Positions 13,152-26,640 of a stretch of 64,000 nucleotides of DNA are shown piece after piece. Position 1 is the first letter of the stretch. Each line of letters opens with the position of its first letter. The notes below the pieces were generated by a model. It did not search any database. It was not told the origin of the DNA and saw only the letters and a list, made by a program, of their open reading frames with translations. A program made the position numbers and the translations under genes. Source of the DNA: Octopus sinensis (taxonomy: Eukaryota); NCBI RefSeq assembly GCF_006345805.1, contig NC_042999.1, positions 131,998,001-132,062,000 of the forward strand, written 5' to 3'.

Positions 13152-14394
13152 GTGCTGTGATGCTCTTATTTTTACTGTATTGAAAGTGTTTTGCATAGGA
13201 TGTGTGCAGTGCCCAGTAGTGCAATTTTCTGTATGTATTGTATATAGTTCTAAGTCTTGGTGTTTTTGTTATATTCTTTTACTTGTTTCAGTCATTTGAC
13301 TGAATATTTGTTTGAATATTTTTTTATTATACCTAATGCACCTACTGTGATAGGAATTGTTTCTGTTTTTAGATTCCACATTCGCGTTACCTCTATCTCC
13401 AGGTCTTTGTATTTTGAAAGTTTCTTCATTTCTTTTAGAGAAATGTTGTCATCTGTTGGTATTGATACATCAATTAGAAAGCATTTTTTTTTCTTCATGA
13501 TCTCTGACAATTATATCTGGCCTATTGGCCTTAATTTCTCTATCAGTGTGTACTGGCATATCCCATAGTATGGTTGCTTTCTTGTTTTCTGTGACCTTTT
13601 CTGGTGTGTGCTTATACCATCTTTTTTCTGTTGTTGTTCCATAGTGTTAGCATAGCTTCCAGTGTATGTAGTTCCCAACTCTGTCATGTCTGTGAATATA
13701 TTCCTTCTTAGCCAGGACTGGGCATCCAGAGATGATAAGATTTATTGTTTCTTCTCCATCTCCACATATTCTTTTCATTATATGATTTTGGTAATTTCTG
13801 GTGGGGAAGCTTTGGTCTTGCGCTGCAATTTAAAATCCCTCTGTCTCTGCTTTGAGTCCTGAGCTTCTCAACCATTGCTGGGATTTTTCTCTGTCTATTT
13901 CTTTTGCATTTAGTTTAGCCCAGTATTTGCCATGAAGGGGTTTTTCTTGCCATTGTTTTATCACGGTCCATTGCTGTTCTAGTTTTAGTTTGGATTTCAT
14001 TTGTTTTATAGCTTTTGTTGTTTCTTCTTCTTCTTCATATTTGTCAGGTAGTATGACTTATTGTTTGTATTTGTCAGCTTCCTTAAATACTGGAAACAGT
14101 TTTTTTGTTTTGCTCCTGTTTTGTGGCTATTTGTATTAGTTTTCCTTGCTTCTGAAGTAGGTATTTTTTCAGTCCTATGGTGGTTATTTTGTAATAGTTT
14201 TCCAGCTGTATAAGGTCTCTACCACCTTCTAAACATTGTATATATATATAGCCTTTCTATGTCAGATTTTGGGTGGTGCATCCTAAATCCTGTCATTTAT
14301 TTTTCTTGTTTTCCTGTCTATTTTCGTTAGTTCATTTAGTGTCCCGTTAAGGATATTGTAGCTGTAACTTATAACTGGGACGGCTAGAGTATTA

Positions 14395-14395
<1 letters not shown>
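13085..14395 (-). mobile_element. 5'-truncated Dong/R4-clade non-LTR retrotransposon with restriction-like endonuclease, frameshifted
   Basis: The minus strand reads NTLAVPVISYS...IDRKTRK.MT..RMHHPKSD, a degenerate zinc-knuckle region (IISGCPVLAKKEYIHRHDRV), then CFLIDVSIPTDDNISLKEMKKLSKYKDLEIE...VGALG and IQKIALLGTAHIL, stop near 13172, short 3'UTR. (TAA)n flanks both ends. Confidence 0.9.
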
Positions 14396-14397
<2 letters not shown>

Positions 14398-14448
<51 letters not shown>

Positions 14449-14519
14449 CATTATTATTATTATTATTATTATTATATTATTATTATTACTATTATCATCA
14501 TTATTATTATTATTATTAT
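14398..14519. repeat. (ATT)n microsatellite
   Basis: About 40 units, flanking the Dong/R4 element. Confidence 0.95.
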
Positions 14520-14629
14520 AAGGCAATACTTATTACTTTTTGTAAACCTGGTACTTCCTCTATCAGGCTCTTTTACCAAACCATTAAGCCATGGGGACGT
14601 AGACAACAACACATAAGACATGGACATAG

Positions 14630-14703
<74 letters not shown>

Positions 14704-14857
14704 TATACAATGGGCTTTCCGTCTACCAAATCCACTCACAAAGCTTTGGTTGGCCCAAGACTGTAGTAGAAGATACTTGTCCATGATGCTTGTGGTAGGA
14801 CTGAACCTGGAACCATGTGGATCAGAAGCAAGCTTCTTACCACACAGCCACACCTCA

Positions 14858-15141
14858 TAATGGGAGATAGGGAAAAAATTGGGCAATCATTGGGCAATCA
14901 TTGGGCACCATTACTCATGTTTCATTTCCTAATAGGAGTTACAACATTGTACATGTAGGAGAAACATTTAAGATATCTCCTTTTAAATTCTACAGACAGA
15001 GAATTTTCTGCCTAAAGAATTTCTAGTAGGAAGTATTATACTATTTTTGTTATCCAGGTACAATTTTGTAACTCCTATTAGCAAATGAAACACATGTAAT
15101 GGTGAATAAATGATACCTAAAATTTCTTCCAATCTCCTATT
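14858..15141. mobile_element. Fold-back (palindromic) MITE-like element, about 280 bp
   Basis: Arms caccattac..tgtttcatttcctaataggagttacaa and ttgtaactcctattagcaaatgaaaca..gtaatggtg; symmetry centre near 15003. Confidence 0.8.
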
Positions 15142-15237
15142 TTGATGTGTAATTTACTCTGCATACAATTTTGGTGTACTGGAAGAAGCTGACATGCTTC
15201 AAGGGGACACTGCTTCGATCATAACCCTATCTACATA

Positions 15238-15275
<38 letters not shown>

Positions 15276-16115
15276 GCATACACACACATACACACACACA
15301 GATTAAAGTAAAAAATGAAAAAGCAAAACATTTGGCACCACTCAAAAAGAAACATTTAATTTAGATAGAAAATATAAACATATAGAGTCTCTCACAGCTG
15401 TTTCTAGAACATCCAAGCATGTGGGTTTTGATATTGAGTAAGGATTCCATAACCTGAGTATTCCATCATCCAAGTTGGAAAAATCAGAGAGATATAAAAA
15501 TAAAGAAATATCTCTAGTCAGTGATATTAGTATATTCCAGTTTGTCAAAAATGAAACGAGGATCAGAGTAAGACGCATTATGCAGTTCAATGATCAAATA
15601 AATAAGTTACAAGTAAGGTCCATTAGCAGTTTCAGGCCAAGGTTTTAGTGGTAAACCAAACTGAGCACTCATAGTACTTACCTATTACATTACATCAGTT
15701 GACAAAAACTCCTTGTATATTCTGTGTGTGTGTGTACGTGTTTTACTGCCTCCTTGCCTTGACATCATGTGATTGTTGTAAGCAAGCATCACCATTTCAC
15801 AAGCAGTGTCCTTTATTTCCAATCTTCCATGGAAAACGTGTTTGGTCATAGAGAAATATTACCTTACTTGAAAACAAGTGAAGGTTGGTGACAGAATGGG
15901 CATCTGGCTGTAGAAAACCAGCCTCAAGAAATTCCTTCCAACCCATGCTGTCATGGAAAGGTGGATGTTAAAACAATGACATATACAATGATACTCATGG
16001 CTAGATTTCATCATCATCATCATCATCAAATGTCTGCTTTCCTTGTTGGCATGGGTTACACAGTTTGAAACTGGTGAGCCAGAGAGCTGCACTAGACTCC
16101 AGTCTGATTCAGCAT

Positions 16116-16508
16116 GGTTTGAACGGCAGTTTTTTCTAGCGGTGTCATATGAAATTGTCACCCATAATTATGACCCTAGTATCGATCTATTGCATTTCAA
16201 TGTTTTAGTGTTCGGGTTAGGGGGTGGGGGGAAGGGTATCTTTTTTTTCTTCACAAATCTGTTTCTTAAATGAGGGACATATTCATACGGCACAGAATGG
16301 TTTTCACCTCAATGGACGTCAGTGATTGGTTGAAATTGCAGAAATTGAAGAAAAAAAACAACAAATATCTTACAAACTATAGAATTTTCTCAATAAAGCC
16401 AAGAGAAAAAGATGTTTTATAAACACATTCTACCAGTAGATGAAGTTTAAAATTTTTTAGTTACCTAGAAATTATGTTAAAAACTGCCGTTCAAACCGAA
16501 AAGATCCC
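16116..16508. mobile_element. Element with perfect 19-bp inverted repeats inserted into a SINE
   Basis: ggtttgaacggcagttttt (16116) / aaaaactgccgttcaaacc (ends 16497). The host SINE is split at gcatggttt...ggatgcccttcc. Confidence 0.8.
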
Positions 16509-16839
16509 GGTCGGATGCCCTTCCTAATGCCAACCACTCCAAGTGAGTAATGAGTGCTTTTTGTGTGCTACCAGTACCCTAACTGACTGACTAGTGGCCA
16601 AACTCCAAATTACTATGTTCCAATTTGAATGGAACTTGAGACTTATTGGGAAGTTATTGTAAAATATCCCTTGTTTGTCTATGCATTCTGATGGCAGACT
16701 TTCAGGCATGTGAACAGAATTTAGTACATTTATTTACTCAGAGTTCAATATTGTAACCTTTGTACTTGCTGTTAACATACAATTCTACTTTCAACATCTC
16801 TCGTTCCATTATAGAAATAGTGTTTAAAAAACTCCTTGT

Positions 16840-17012
16840 GCTCCTGCTACTACTACTAATACTACTAATACTCCCATCATTACTACCACTACTAATGCTG
16901 CTACTACTACCGCCACAACTGCTGCTGCTACTACTACTACTACTACCACCACCATTGCTACTACTACTATTGCTGCCCTTACTACCACCTATACTACTGT
17001 TACTACTACTAG
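16840..17012. repeat. (CTA/CTG/CCA)n compound microsatellite
   Basis: Source of the spurious poly-Leu and poly-Ser ORFs. A similar (TGC/TGT)n tract lies at 17612-17710. Confidence 0.9.
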
Positions 17013-20000
17013 TTTGTGTTAGGTATCTAGGGACACAAAACTGCTGTTGCTGCCACAAATTCCTAAGTACACCAATCATTTACTAGAATCTTGGCTCTTT
17101 CTTCCCTCTTCTCCACCTCCCCTTCCTCCTCCTCCTCTCAATTCTTAGCTGCAAAACTCATTTCAGGTTTGCTTAAGTCACTGTTGCAATAAGTCTGGAT
17201 TATCTACTTGGCTGGCTACAATGGCTTAAGCCTATGAGCATATTGATTTAGGACAAACTGAAGGGTAGAAATGAGATTTTTTCCTATGTCACTGTGACTT
17301 TTTTTGGTTTTTGTTTTTAACTCCTTGCTGTCATCCATGATCCCATGTCTTCATTTATTTTCAGTAGATTGTTTTTTTTTCTTTTCTTCTGGTGGGGCAG
17401 GGGTTTCTTTTTACCCAATCCTTGCAGAAAAAAATCTCTCTACTAATATGCCTGCCTTTCCCACTCACATTGCCAACATGCTGGCCATTGAACCTTTAGA
17501 CCTAGTTGTTTTCCTGCTGCTGACTTGCCTCTTGTTCTTCCTATCAGTTCAATTATCTGCATCAATAAAACAATTGAATGTCATCATCAGCTTCTCAAAC
17601 CATCTGCCTGGTGCTGCTGCTGTTGTTGTTGTTGCTCCTACTGCTGCTATTGTTGCTGCTACTGCTGCTGTTCTTGTTGCTACTGCTGCTATTTTTGCTG
17701 CTGCTGTGTTGCAGCTGTCACATTAGCACTACTGCAGTTGTAGATTCCATTACATCTTTCTCCATTTCCTATAATCCTACTCATATCAATGATTTCTTTT
17801 TTTTTTTCACTTTCTTCTTCCATCCATGAATATTGCATGATAAACTGTTATTAATGCATGTTGTATTATCCTCGTGTCTAGCTTCTAAATTCATAATACA
17901 AGTTATCATTTCTATACACCATCCCCAATATAGTCTGTGTTCTGTTTGCTATTGCTATTAGACAAGACAACACTAACTTATCTCTCCTGAGAACGAAGTT
18001 CACAAGATAGAAAACAGTTATTTTTGAAATAGTATCACTATCATCATCATCATCATTGTCGTTGTCATCATCATCATCACCGCCACTGGTTCAGATACCA
18101 GGTTTTCCATCCTGACAAGAGCTAGAGATTAGATACAACAGTTTCTCTCTTGAATGTCCCTATTCTATGTGTTATCAGCTACAAGGTCCTCTATCTAAGA
18201 TTAAATTTATTTCATCTTACATCTTCTCTGAATAACAACCACCCTCAGCTTGTACCAAGTTACTTTCACAACTACAGCATCTGTTCTGCCTGCCTTCCAT
18301 TCTACCAATTTCTTTAACATTCTAATATTTCCCCTATTTAAAACTATTAACCTTTTAGCTTTTAAACTGGCCATATCTAGCCCAGATATTCTACCCATTT
18401 TACCAGCCAGATCTGGCCTCTCACACCTACCCTATAATGTCATTCTAAAACTATATCATCATCGTTTAACATCCACTTTCCATGCTGGTATTGGTTGGAT
18501 GGTTTGATATGGAGCTGGCTAGTTGGGAGCTGTCCAGACTCCAACTGCCTATTGTGGTATAGTTTCTATGGCTGGATGTCCTTCCTAATGCCAACTACTA
18601 ACCACAATGTACTGAGTGCTTTTTACATGCCACTGGTATGAGTGCATCAAAATTTCAAAATTATATGATAAAGTATGATTAATTGAAAACCTTGTGAATA
18701 AATAAACATTACATTAGACCAAATAATATTAATTGCAGAATGTGATTTCTCTTTGGCTTTTTCTGTTTGTATTTTGTTTTCAGTGCAAGTGACACAACTC
18801 TCACTGTCTTTCTACTACCCACAATCAAGTAACAGCACTCTCATTGACCTACATACAGTTGATAACACAACCCCCAACACAGTTACATAACAACAGTTAC
18901 TGTGCCCATTCTCTGTGACACAACCCTTACTTGTCCCCATGACTTGTCTACAACCCTAATCCTTGCTGTCTTCTCATACATGCTTTATGGCACAACCCTC
19001 ACTGTACCAACATAATCTAACCACACATCAAGAGAATCTCCAGTCTTAATTGACAATGCATTTAGAAGTCAAGGAGAATTATTTTGTCTGTTGATAAAAG
19101 TCAGTGTTTGTAGGTAACTGATAATGTGTATGAGGCAGTAAGGTTATCAAGTTGAGATATTCAGTATTTTACACCAAAGCAAATCTGATCTAAAAATCTA
19201 TAAAGATATAAAGTCGGAACCTGCAAACTCATTAGGTTTTGTTTGTGTGTGACCCGAGATTAGATAAAGGTTATGAGATAGCATTTATATTTATTATACA
19301 TATACAAATGTGTGTGTGTGTGTGTGTAGTAAATATAACAACATTGACTGATTTATACTTTTGGATAACCTGCTCGGGAGAAATTTAATAGCCACCAAGT
19401 TGTGATTAGGCATATGCAAACTTTAGGTTGGTTAAAATATGTTTGGGACATGTTAAAGAGCTAGAAACACTGCGTCTGGGAATCCAATGGACAGCAACGC
19501 TGTGCAGTTATGGTGTGTTTACACTTTTTATCATAAGAGAGAATTTTTCCCCTATATCGGCTGCAGTGAATTTGCCTATAGAAGTTGAAATATGTTACAA
19601 ACATTTTAACTCATCTAAAGTTTGTGTGTGTGTGTGTGCTTGCACATGTGCACACACATTTGTATTTGTGTGTAGGAATCTCCTGCATTCTGGAAGGTTA
19701 AATAAGGAAAAAACCAGTAATATAGGGTGAGGGGAATTTGCTGGTCTGATCAGAAATAAGAGATGGGAAAACAACCATAGATAGTAATTCACCTTCTATC
19801 TAGTGTGTGTATGTGTGTGTGATTGTTTTCACCTTCACGTTTCAATGCTCACTTGGGTCAGATGGAATTCTTTGAGGAAGATTTTCTATGACCTGATGCC
19901 CTTCCCGTCACTGACTCTTACCTGTTTCCAAGGAAGAATTATATTCCACATTGCTGCACTTGGTTTTTTTTTTATCTTTATTTTTTTTGTAAAAGATTGA

Positions 20001-20266
20001 AAACAGACAGCATTACTTCTGTGTTGATGGTACTTGTTTACAACTCTCTCCCAATGTCAAGACAAGGAGACACACACCCGATGGACTTCTTTCAACTTTT
20101 GCTTTCCAAATCCACTCACAAAATTTGGTTGGAGCTATATTAAAAATAAAAACACTTGCTCAATGCACCACTCAGTGGGGCAAAACCCTAATCATATGGT
20201 TGGGAAGTAAACTTAGCCACACATGCATACGCATATATGTACATATATATTACACATAATATCTAT

Positions 20267-20301
<35 letters not shown>

Positions 20302-20609
20302 CAGATACTGAAGTCACACAAATGGCACCCGTGCCGGTGGCACATAAAAGCACCTTTCAAGCGTTGGGCCTCAGAGATGCAAGGACCAAGACCATGGCAG
20401 ATACCAGTGTCATGCAAAAGCCGGTGGCACGTAAAAGCACCCATTACACTCTTGGAATAGTTGGCGTCGGGAAGGGCATCCAACTGTAGAAACCATGCCA
20501 AAACAGACTAGAGTCTGGTGCAGCCTCCAAGCTTGCCAGCCCTGGTCAAACTGTTTAGCCAATGCCAGCATGGACAACAGACATTAAATGATGATATTAC
20601 ATATAATTT

Positions 20610-21440
20610 TACTCATGGGTCAATTTTCTTCAAAATTAGTTCATTATTTTATTGTGAGTGAATTTTGATGATATTTACCTTTCACCTGTTTAATTTTAAT
20701 TCTACTACATGACTCTGACCATAAACTTTACCTAAATGTCAAATTTCATAAAAATCAGATGAATTCTGTAAAAAGTTACAGCATAAAATATTAATCCTAT
20801 GGGTATTTGCATACAAAAAGCCTTTTGATTTCTTAAAATTCACTGCTCTCGTGCAGTTATCGATTTTTTTGTCAACTCTTCATGCTGGCATCAACTAATG
20901 GACATGAACTGTAATCACATGTAAAATTTCTACAAAATCAATAAGAATGTTTCTAAGGAAATGCTTATTTGCATTTGTGCCCTTTTTAAGTCCTTTTGAA
21001 TTAAACACCTTTACTGTCCCTGCTCCACAAAATTTACCTACATCTCAAATTTCATTAAAATCAGAAAAAAATATGAAAGTAACGACCAAAAATAAAATCC
21101 CTATGGGTATTTGCATGCAAAATGCCTATTGATTTTATAAAACCACTGCTCAGGTGCAATTATCAAATTTTGTCAACGCCATATACTGACATCAACTCAC
21201 TGCCATGAGCCTCGCTCACTCATTGATTTTCATCAAAATCAGGCAAAAAATGCAAAAGTTGCATGAAAAATAACATTGTTATGGGATTTCCATTTAAACG
21301 CCCAATTGAGCTCACTAAGATTGATGCCAGCTGCGTATCATCGAGTTTGCGAAAAATTCCAGCTTTATTTCAACTTCAGGGCCAGTTGGACAGTATGGGA
21401 GAAGTTAGAGTAACCCCAAAAACACACGCAAACAGACACC
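20610..21440 (+). mobile_element. Putative Helentron/HINE-like element with about 310-bp internal tandem units
   Basis: Two to three diverged units (from about 20700 and 21010) share caaatttcat-aaaatcag and cctatgggtatttgcat-caaaa. Ends in an acac/agac tract. Confidence 0.5.
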
Positions 21441-21463
21441 ATTACACATGTATGTGTATGTAT

Positions 21464-21509
<46 letters not shown>

Positions 21510-21606
21510 GGCATTAGGAAGGGCAGCCAGCTGTAGAAACCATGCCAAATCAGAATGGAGTCTGGTGCAGCTTACCAGCTCTGGTTACACCATCTAACCC
21601 ATACTA

Positions 21607-21659
<53 letters not shown>

Positions 21660-22048
21660 CTAGCAGTATCGCCTGTCGTTGCTCGGGTTTGTTTTGACCC
21701 GCTGGAATTGGAATTTTTGAAAAGTAAAAATTTTGCATTATGTAGCTTGTTATTCTCTTCAAGTGAACATTTTTCTGGTTGAAATACACCGAAAAGTGGC
21801 GACACAGCAGTGAAAAATCGTAAAAAATAGGGATTTTCATAGAAAAAAGCACCTTTTTGATGTAAATAATTTTTGGTATTAACATGGTCCGATTTGAATT
21901 TTATCTTCTACAGAAGGAAGAGCAACCCTTCTTCTATCATACTCTCAATTTTGGTCAACTTGCACCGTAGGGTCCTGGAGGAGATAGTGTTAGTTGAAGG
22001 CTACCAAACCTGCGCACACAGACAACTTCAGCTTTATATAGAGAGAGA
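21660..22048 (-). mobile_element. Complete non-autonomous Helitron (389 bp)
   Basis: The minus strand starts TC(tctctctatataaag) and ends with a GC-rich imperfect hairpin (cccgagcaacgacagg) followed by CTAG. It sits between A and T with no TSD, inside a TA/CA microsatellite. Confidence 0.8.
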
Positions 22049-22717
22049 TAACACACACACATTTAATACACTTACATACACACACACACACACATGTATG
22101 GATGTATGTATGTATATATGTACATCTGTCCACTTCTTGCCATATTTTTATCCTTCACTTCCTACACACACACACACACCTTCTTAGCTTACGATTTCTT
22201 TCTTTCAACAATTGACAACTGAAGTACGCTCGCAAATTAATACTATGAAAACTTAGCGACAGAAAGTAAATGAAAAACCAATTTACCTTTTCTGTTGAGT
22301 TATCATGGCAATTCGACAGTCTGATTTCCTTAAATCCGTCTCTTTTCTTCAACTGAACTTAGTTCCTATCGTTTCTTAAAGTCCTTTGTGAAATCTAGGA
22401 GTGTTTTTTTTTTGTTATTTCTCGAGAAAGTTTTGTTTCCTCGACACTAAAAACTAACGGGAAGTAGACAACAGTCCCAGTACAATTTGTGTAATAGTGT
22501 AACTCATAATGTGAGCGGCTAGCATCTACTCACCATATGTCAGTGAATTGTTGGTGTGTGTTTGCAAATGTGTTCGAATGAGAAAGTGAATTGTGTTTGG
22601 CGCCTTTTTTACTAATAACAAACACACGTGTGTGTGTGTTTGAGTGTTTGTATGTAGTTGTTTGAAACATTTGTGTTTGTCACTGTCATATATGTATATG
22701 TTTGCGTGTCTATGTGT

Positions 22718-23177
22718 GTAAAGAGAAAGTAGGAGAAAGTGTGGTAATAGAAGGAGTAAAGCATTTGAAGTGAGAGAGGGAAATCGTAAAATATTGAGTT
22801 TTCTCAAATTTTTGCTTAATTGGGGGTCAAATTGAAAGAAATTTATATGCCATGACCCAATGTAATGTACTTCGAAAAATCATAGGTAAATTCCAATTGA
22901 AGAAATTGTGTGAGGAGTAAATCGTTATGTATTTATTTGTTTCTGTTTCCTCTGTATTTTTTTGGGTAGTGGTTTATGGTACACTTGCAAAGAGAAAGAA
23001 GGAGAAAGTGTGGTAATAGAAGGAGTGAAGCACTTGAAATGAGAGAGGCAAATCGTAAAATATTTAGTTTTCTCGAATTTTTGCTTAATTGGGGGTTAAA
23101 TTGAAAAAAAATTTATATGCCATGACCCAATCGAATCTACTTCGAAAAATCATAGGTAAATTCCAATTGAAGAAATT
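22718..23177 (+). repeat. Direct duplication of about 190 bp (22718-22907 and 22988-23177)
   Basis: aaagagaaag..ggagaaagtgtggtaatagaaggagt...aaatcataggtaaattccaattgaagaaatt appears twice at roughly 90% identity. The second copy ends at the junction with the truncated Tc1. Confidence 0.9.
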
Positions 23178-23179
23178 CT

Positions 23180-24266
23180 ATATTGTACAATTGTATGCAG
23201 CTTGAATTCTATGAGGTATGGACTTGTACAAATTTTGAATTGTTTCCAAAGAAATTTTCGTCCACTCTTCAGCTAAAACAGTTTCCATTTCTTGTAGTGA
23301 TGATGGTGGAGGATATTGACGCCTTACTTGTTTTTCTAAAATTGCACCATAAATCTTCAATAATATTGAGATCTGGGGACTGTGGTGGCTAGATAAGATA
23401 TTTAACTTTACTAGAATGTTCCTTGTGCCATTCAATAACAATTTTAGCTGTGTGAGGTGCATTATCATCCTGAAAGATTGCATTTCCTTCCAGAAACAGT
23501 TCCACAATCATAGGATGAATTTGATCATAAAATGCTTAAATAGTCTTGACTATAAATTCTGTCATGAAGAGAAACCATTAGGCTGGCAGATTTCCAAGAT
23601 ATAGCCCCAACAGATCATCACAGATCCTCCTCCACATTTAACTGTTGGAAGAAGGCTGTCTCCACACGTATACTCAGCCGGTAGTCGGAAATAAGGTAAA
23701 AGATTACTCATCCAAGAAAATAACATTCTTTCACTGCTCTAGGGACCAATTCTGTTGTTTTTACTCCACTCTAAACGCTTTGCAACGTTTGTTTTTGAAA
23801 GCAGTGGTTTTCTGATTACAGCCCTCCAGTAAAATCCAGCTTTGTGCAGCTCCCGGCAAACAGTTTTTGTGGAAACTGGGTTCTCGGGGTGGTCATTATG
23901 CTCTGCAGTAATTTTAGAACCTCTGTTTTTGTGATCCTTTCTAACAATTCGCATAGGAGTCCAACAGTCCCTATCTGAAAGTTTTGGTTTTCTTCTGGAA
24001 TTTTGTTTCGACGACAAGGTTTTTCTGTCTTTCTCAAAGGCTGTCATTACTTTTAAGACAGTACTTCTTGATACACCAAACATTTTGGCTGTTTTCATTA
24101 CTCTAGTGCCTGCCATATGAGCACCAACCATTTGAGAGTCCAATAGATCTGTCATTTTAATTAACACTAATAATAAATCAAAGAATATAAAAATAAACAA
24201 GCTGTTGACGGTTTTATAGATATTTCAAAATTATGATGCTAGGTATTTCCGTTATTTTGTCCACCA
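23180..24266 (-). mobile_element. Tc1/mariner DNA transposon, degenerate transposase, one TIR remaining
   Basis: ORF 23739-24200 has the Tc1 HTH (AKMFGVSRSTV...RKPKLSDRD...VSTKTVCRELHKAG...IRKPLLS). Catalytic motifs NVIFLDE, FQDDNAP and PPQSPDLNIIEDLW are read across frameshifts, and the C-terminus is EWTKISLETIQNLYKSIP. TIR-like aggtatttccgttattttgtccacc at 24241-24265. Confidence 0.92.
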
Positions 24267-24966
24267 CCACCCCTTCCCCGGTATACACACATACACACAC
24301 ACACATCACACATAGAGAGAGTGGTGGGGGGAGAGGGAGAGTGAAAGGGAAAGAGAGAGAGCAAATGGGAGAATGGATGGATGGTATGGGTGTGTGTGTG
24401 CATATGCATATCGATTTTTATGTGTGTGTGTAGCTATGTATGGATATATATATATATAGTGGATGGAGAGATAGCTGTATGCTATAATACATATTTGATA
24501 GTGTAGATGAGGTGGTGAGCAGCAACAACAACTGCAGTGTAATGACTGGCCAGTCGGGTGAGGGGGGCACTTATGTTGTCATTTCAACATATCTCGATGG
24601 AGAAAAATTGATGTAAAAGAGAGACTGTAATTGGAAAAAGTCTGCTTCTAACCTAAAAACACTATGTTAAATTTATTGGCAATCAAATCTGAAATACATT
24701 ACAGATGTAAATGACAGAATTATTATGGGTAATTTTCCAAATGTTTATCTACAATAAGAGATATGAAGATAAGTAAAAATTGAGTGTAGTAGAAGAAAAT
24801 TATGTAGATTTAGTTTGATTATATTGTATAACTCCTTTCTTTCTATATGAACTTGCCCTATAAACCTGATTCCGTTGTAACAAACCGTTTTGATTTTTGA
24901 ACATAATTTATTATCAGTTGCAGAAAATATCTTAACTACCAAATCTCATTTTGAAATATGTTGTAA

Positions 24967-24998
<32 letters not shown>

Positions 24999-25141
24999 TG
25001 GCATGTTTTCACAATCACTCTTTACAGTTGAATAAATGGTAATAAAGAAGCAAAGTATATATGTCTATAAGAATACAGTTGCATTAAAAATTTAGAATTT
25101 CTTTTTCTTTTTTTCTTTTTTCCTTTTTATTTCTTTGTTAA

Positions 25142-25362
25142 CCCTTTAGCATTCAGATTACTCTATCAAATGTTATACTTATTTATTCACATTTGTTTTG
25201 AATTAATCATGTACTATCTCGTAGCTTCGAAATTTCAATGATGTGTGTGCTTATTTTTAGAAAGACATTGTAGAGTAGCTGTTAGAGACTAGATCTGGTC
25301 AGTTTCAACATAAAATCAGTGGAACATTTGAGTCAGATGTGACCAGTTGAAATGATAAAAGG
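25142..25362. mobile_element. piggyBac-type MITE, ccctttagcat family, opposite orientation to the 3726 copy
   Basis: TTAA at 25138-25141 and 25363-25366; TIRs present. Confidence 0.85.
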
Positions 25363-26428
25363 TTAATTTGCCACCCCACCCCCACCCTGAAGCTGGTATA
25401 ATTATATATGATTTTGTACCTGAGGTTCAATCTAGTTGTTCCGTCTGGTACCATTCTGTTAATACTTTTTATTTTATTTTTTTTTTTACTAATGTTTAAA
25501 TCGTGGTTTTAACTCTGTTCCTGCAGGCCCATTTTATTTATTTTATTTGTGACTCTCTTATCTTCATAGAGTTTGTGATTTTTCTTTTTTTTTAAGATAA
25601 TAAGGTATAATTTCAGGGGATTTGGTTGCTTTTCTAGTTGGTCAAACTGCCATCTAAAGACCTTCTCTTTTATTTCTTAATTCCATACCTGCAGCAGTTG
25701 TTGTTATTGCTGTTTGGTCTCAGATCAGCTTTGATCATCATCATCTTCATCATATAGCTCCTGCAGTTTTTCTATGGAGAAAAGCATCTCTGCTCTTTAT
25801 TTAGTCTATTCATTTCATCTGTATATGTGTGCATGAGTGTACTACACGTATATATATATATGCATGCATGTATATGTATGCATGTATGTTAGCATACATG
25901 TGTATGTATGCATGCATGTTTAGAATGGCATCCAGCTGTAAAAAACATGCCAAAACAGACACAGAAGCCTGGTGCAGTCTTCTGCCTGGCCAACTCCTTT
26001 CAAACTGCCCAACCCATGTCAGCATAGAATCAGTACTAGGCTTACAAAGAATGTCTTGGGATTAATTTCTTCAACTATAACCCTTTAAGGCAGTGCTTCA
26101 GCATGGCCACAGTCAAATGACTGAAACAGGTAAAAGTGTTCCAACTATGACAAACCCATTCTTTTTTTGTTTTTTTATGTCATAATGTATCGAAGACAAC
26201 TGCTTGTCATCTTTTCTTTAAACCTTTAGCATTTAAACTGGCCATGTCTGGCCATATTCTACCTGTTTTACATTCAAACCGGCCAGATCAGGCCTCTCAC
26301 ACCTACCCTATAATGCCATTCTAAAAATAAACAATCATATCATTGAAATCTTGAAGCTACAAGATAATGCATGACTAACTCAAAACAATATAAACAAGTA
26401 AGCATTAGATTTTGCAGTACTCTGGATG

Positions 26429-26640
26429 TGAGCTGGCAGAAACGTTAGCATGCTGGACGAATTGCTTGGCGGTATTTCATCTGCTGTTACGTTCTGAGTT
26501 CAAATTCCGCTGAGGTCGACTTTGCCTTTCATCCTTTCGGGGTTGATAAATTAAGTACCAGTTACGCACTGGGGTCAATGTAATCGACTTAATCCCTTTG
26601 TCTGTCCTTGTTTGGCCCCTTGTGGATAATAAAGAAATAA
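26429..26640 (+). mobile_element. SINE (gagctggcagaa...gcctttcatcctttcgggg family) inserted into a MITE
   Basis: B box gagttcaaattcc; TSD agtactctggatg / agtaatctgaatg. Other copies at about 11060-11245 (-), 12895-13065 (+), 49020-49210 (+) and 49530-49716 (-). Confidence 0.82.

Noticed and set aside
16738-17829. Poly-Ser, poly-Leu, poly-Ala and poly-Cys ORFs
   Set aside because: Translations of trinucleotide microsatellites, with no splice or homology support.
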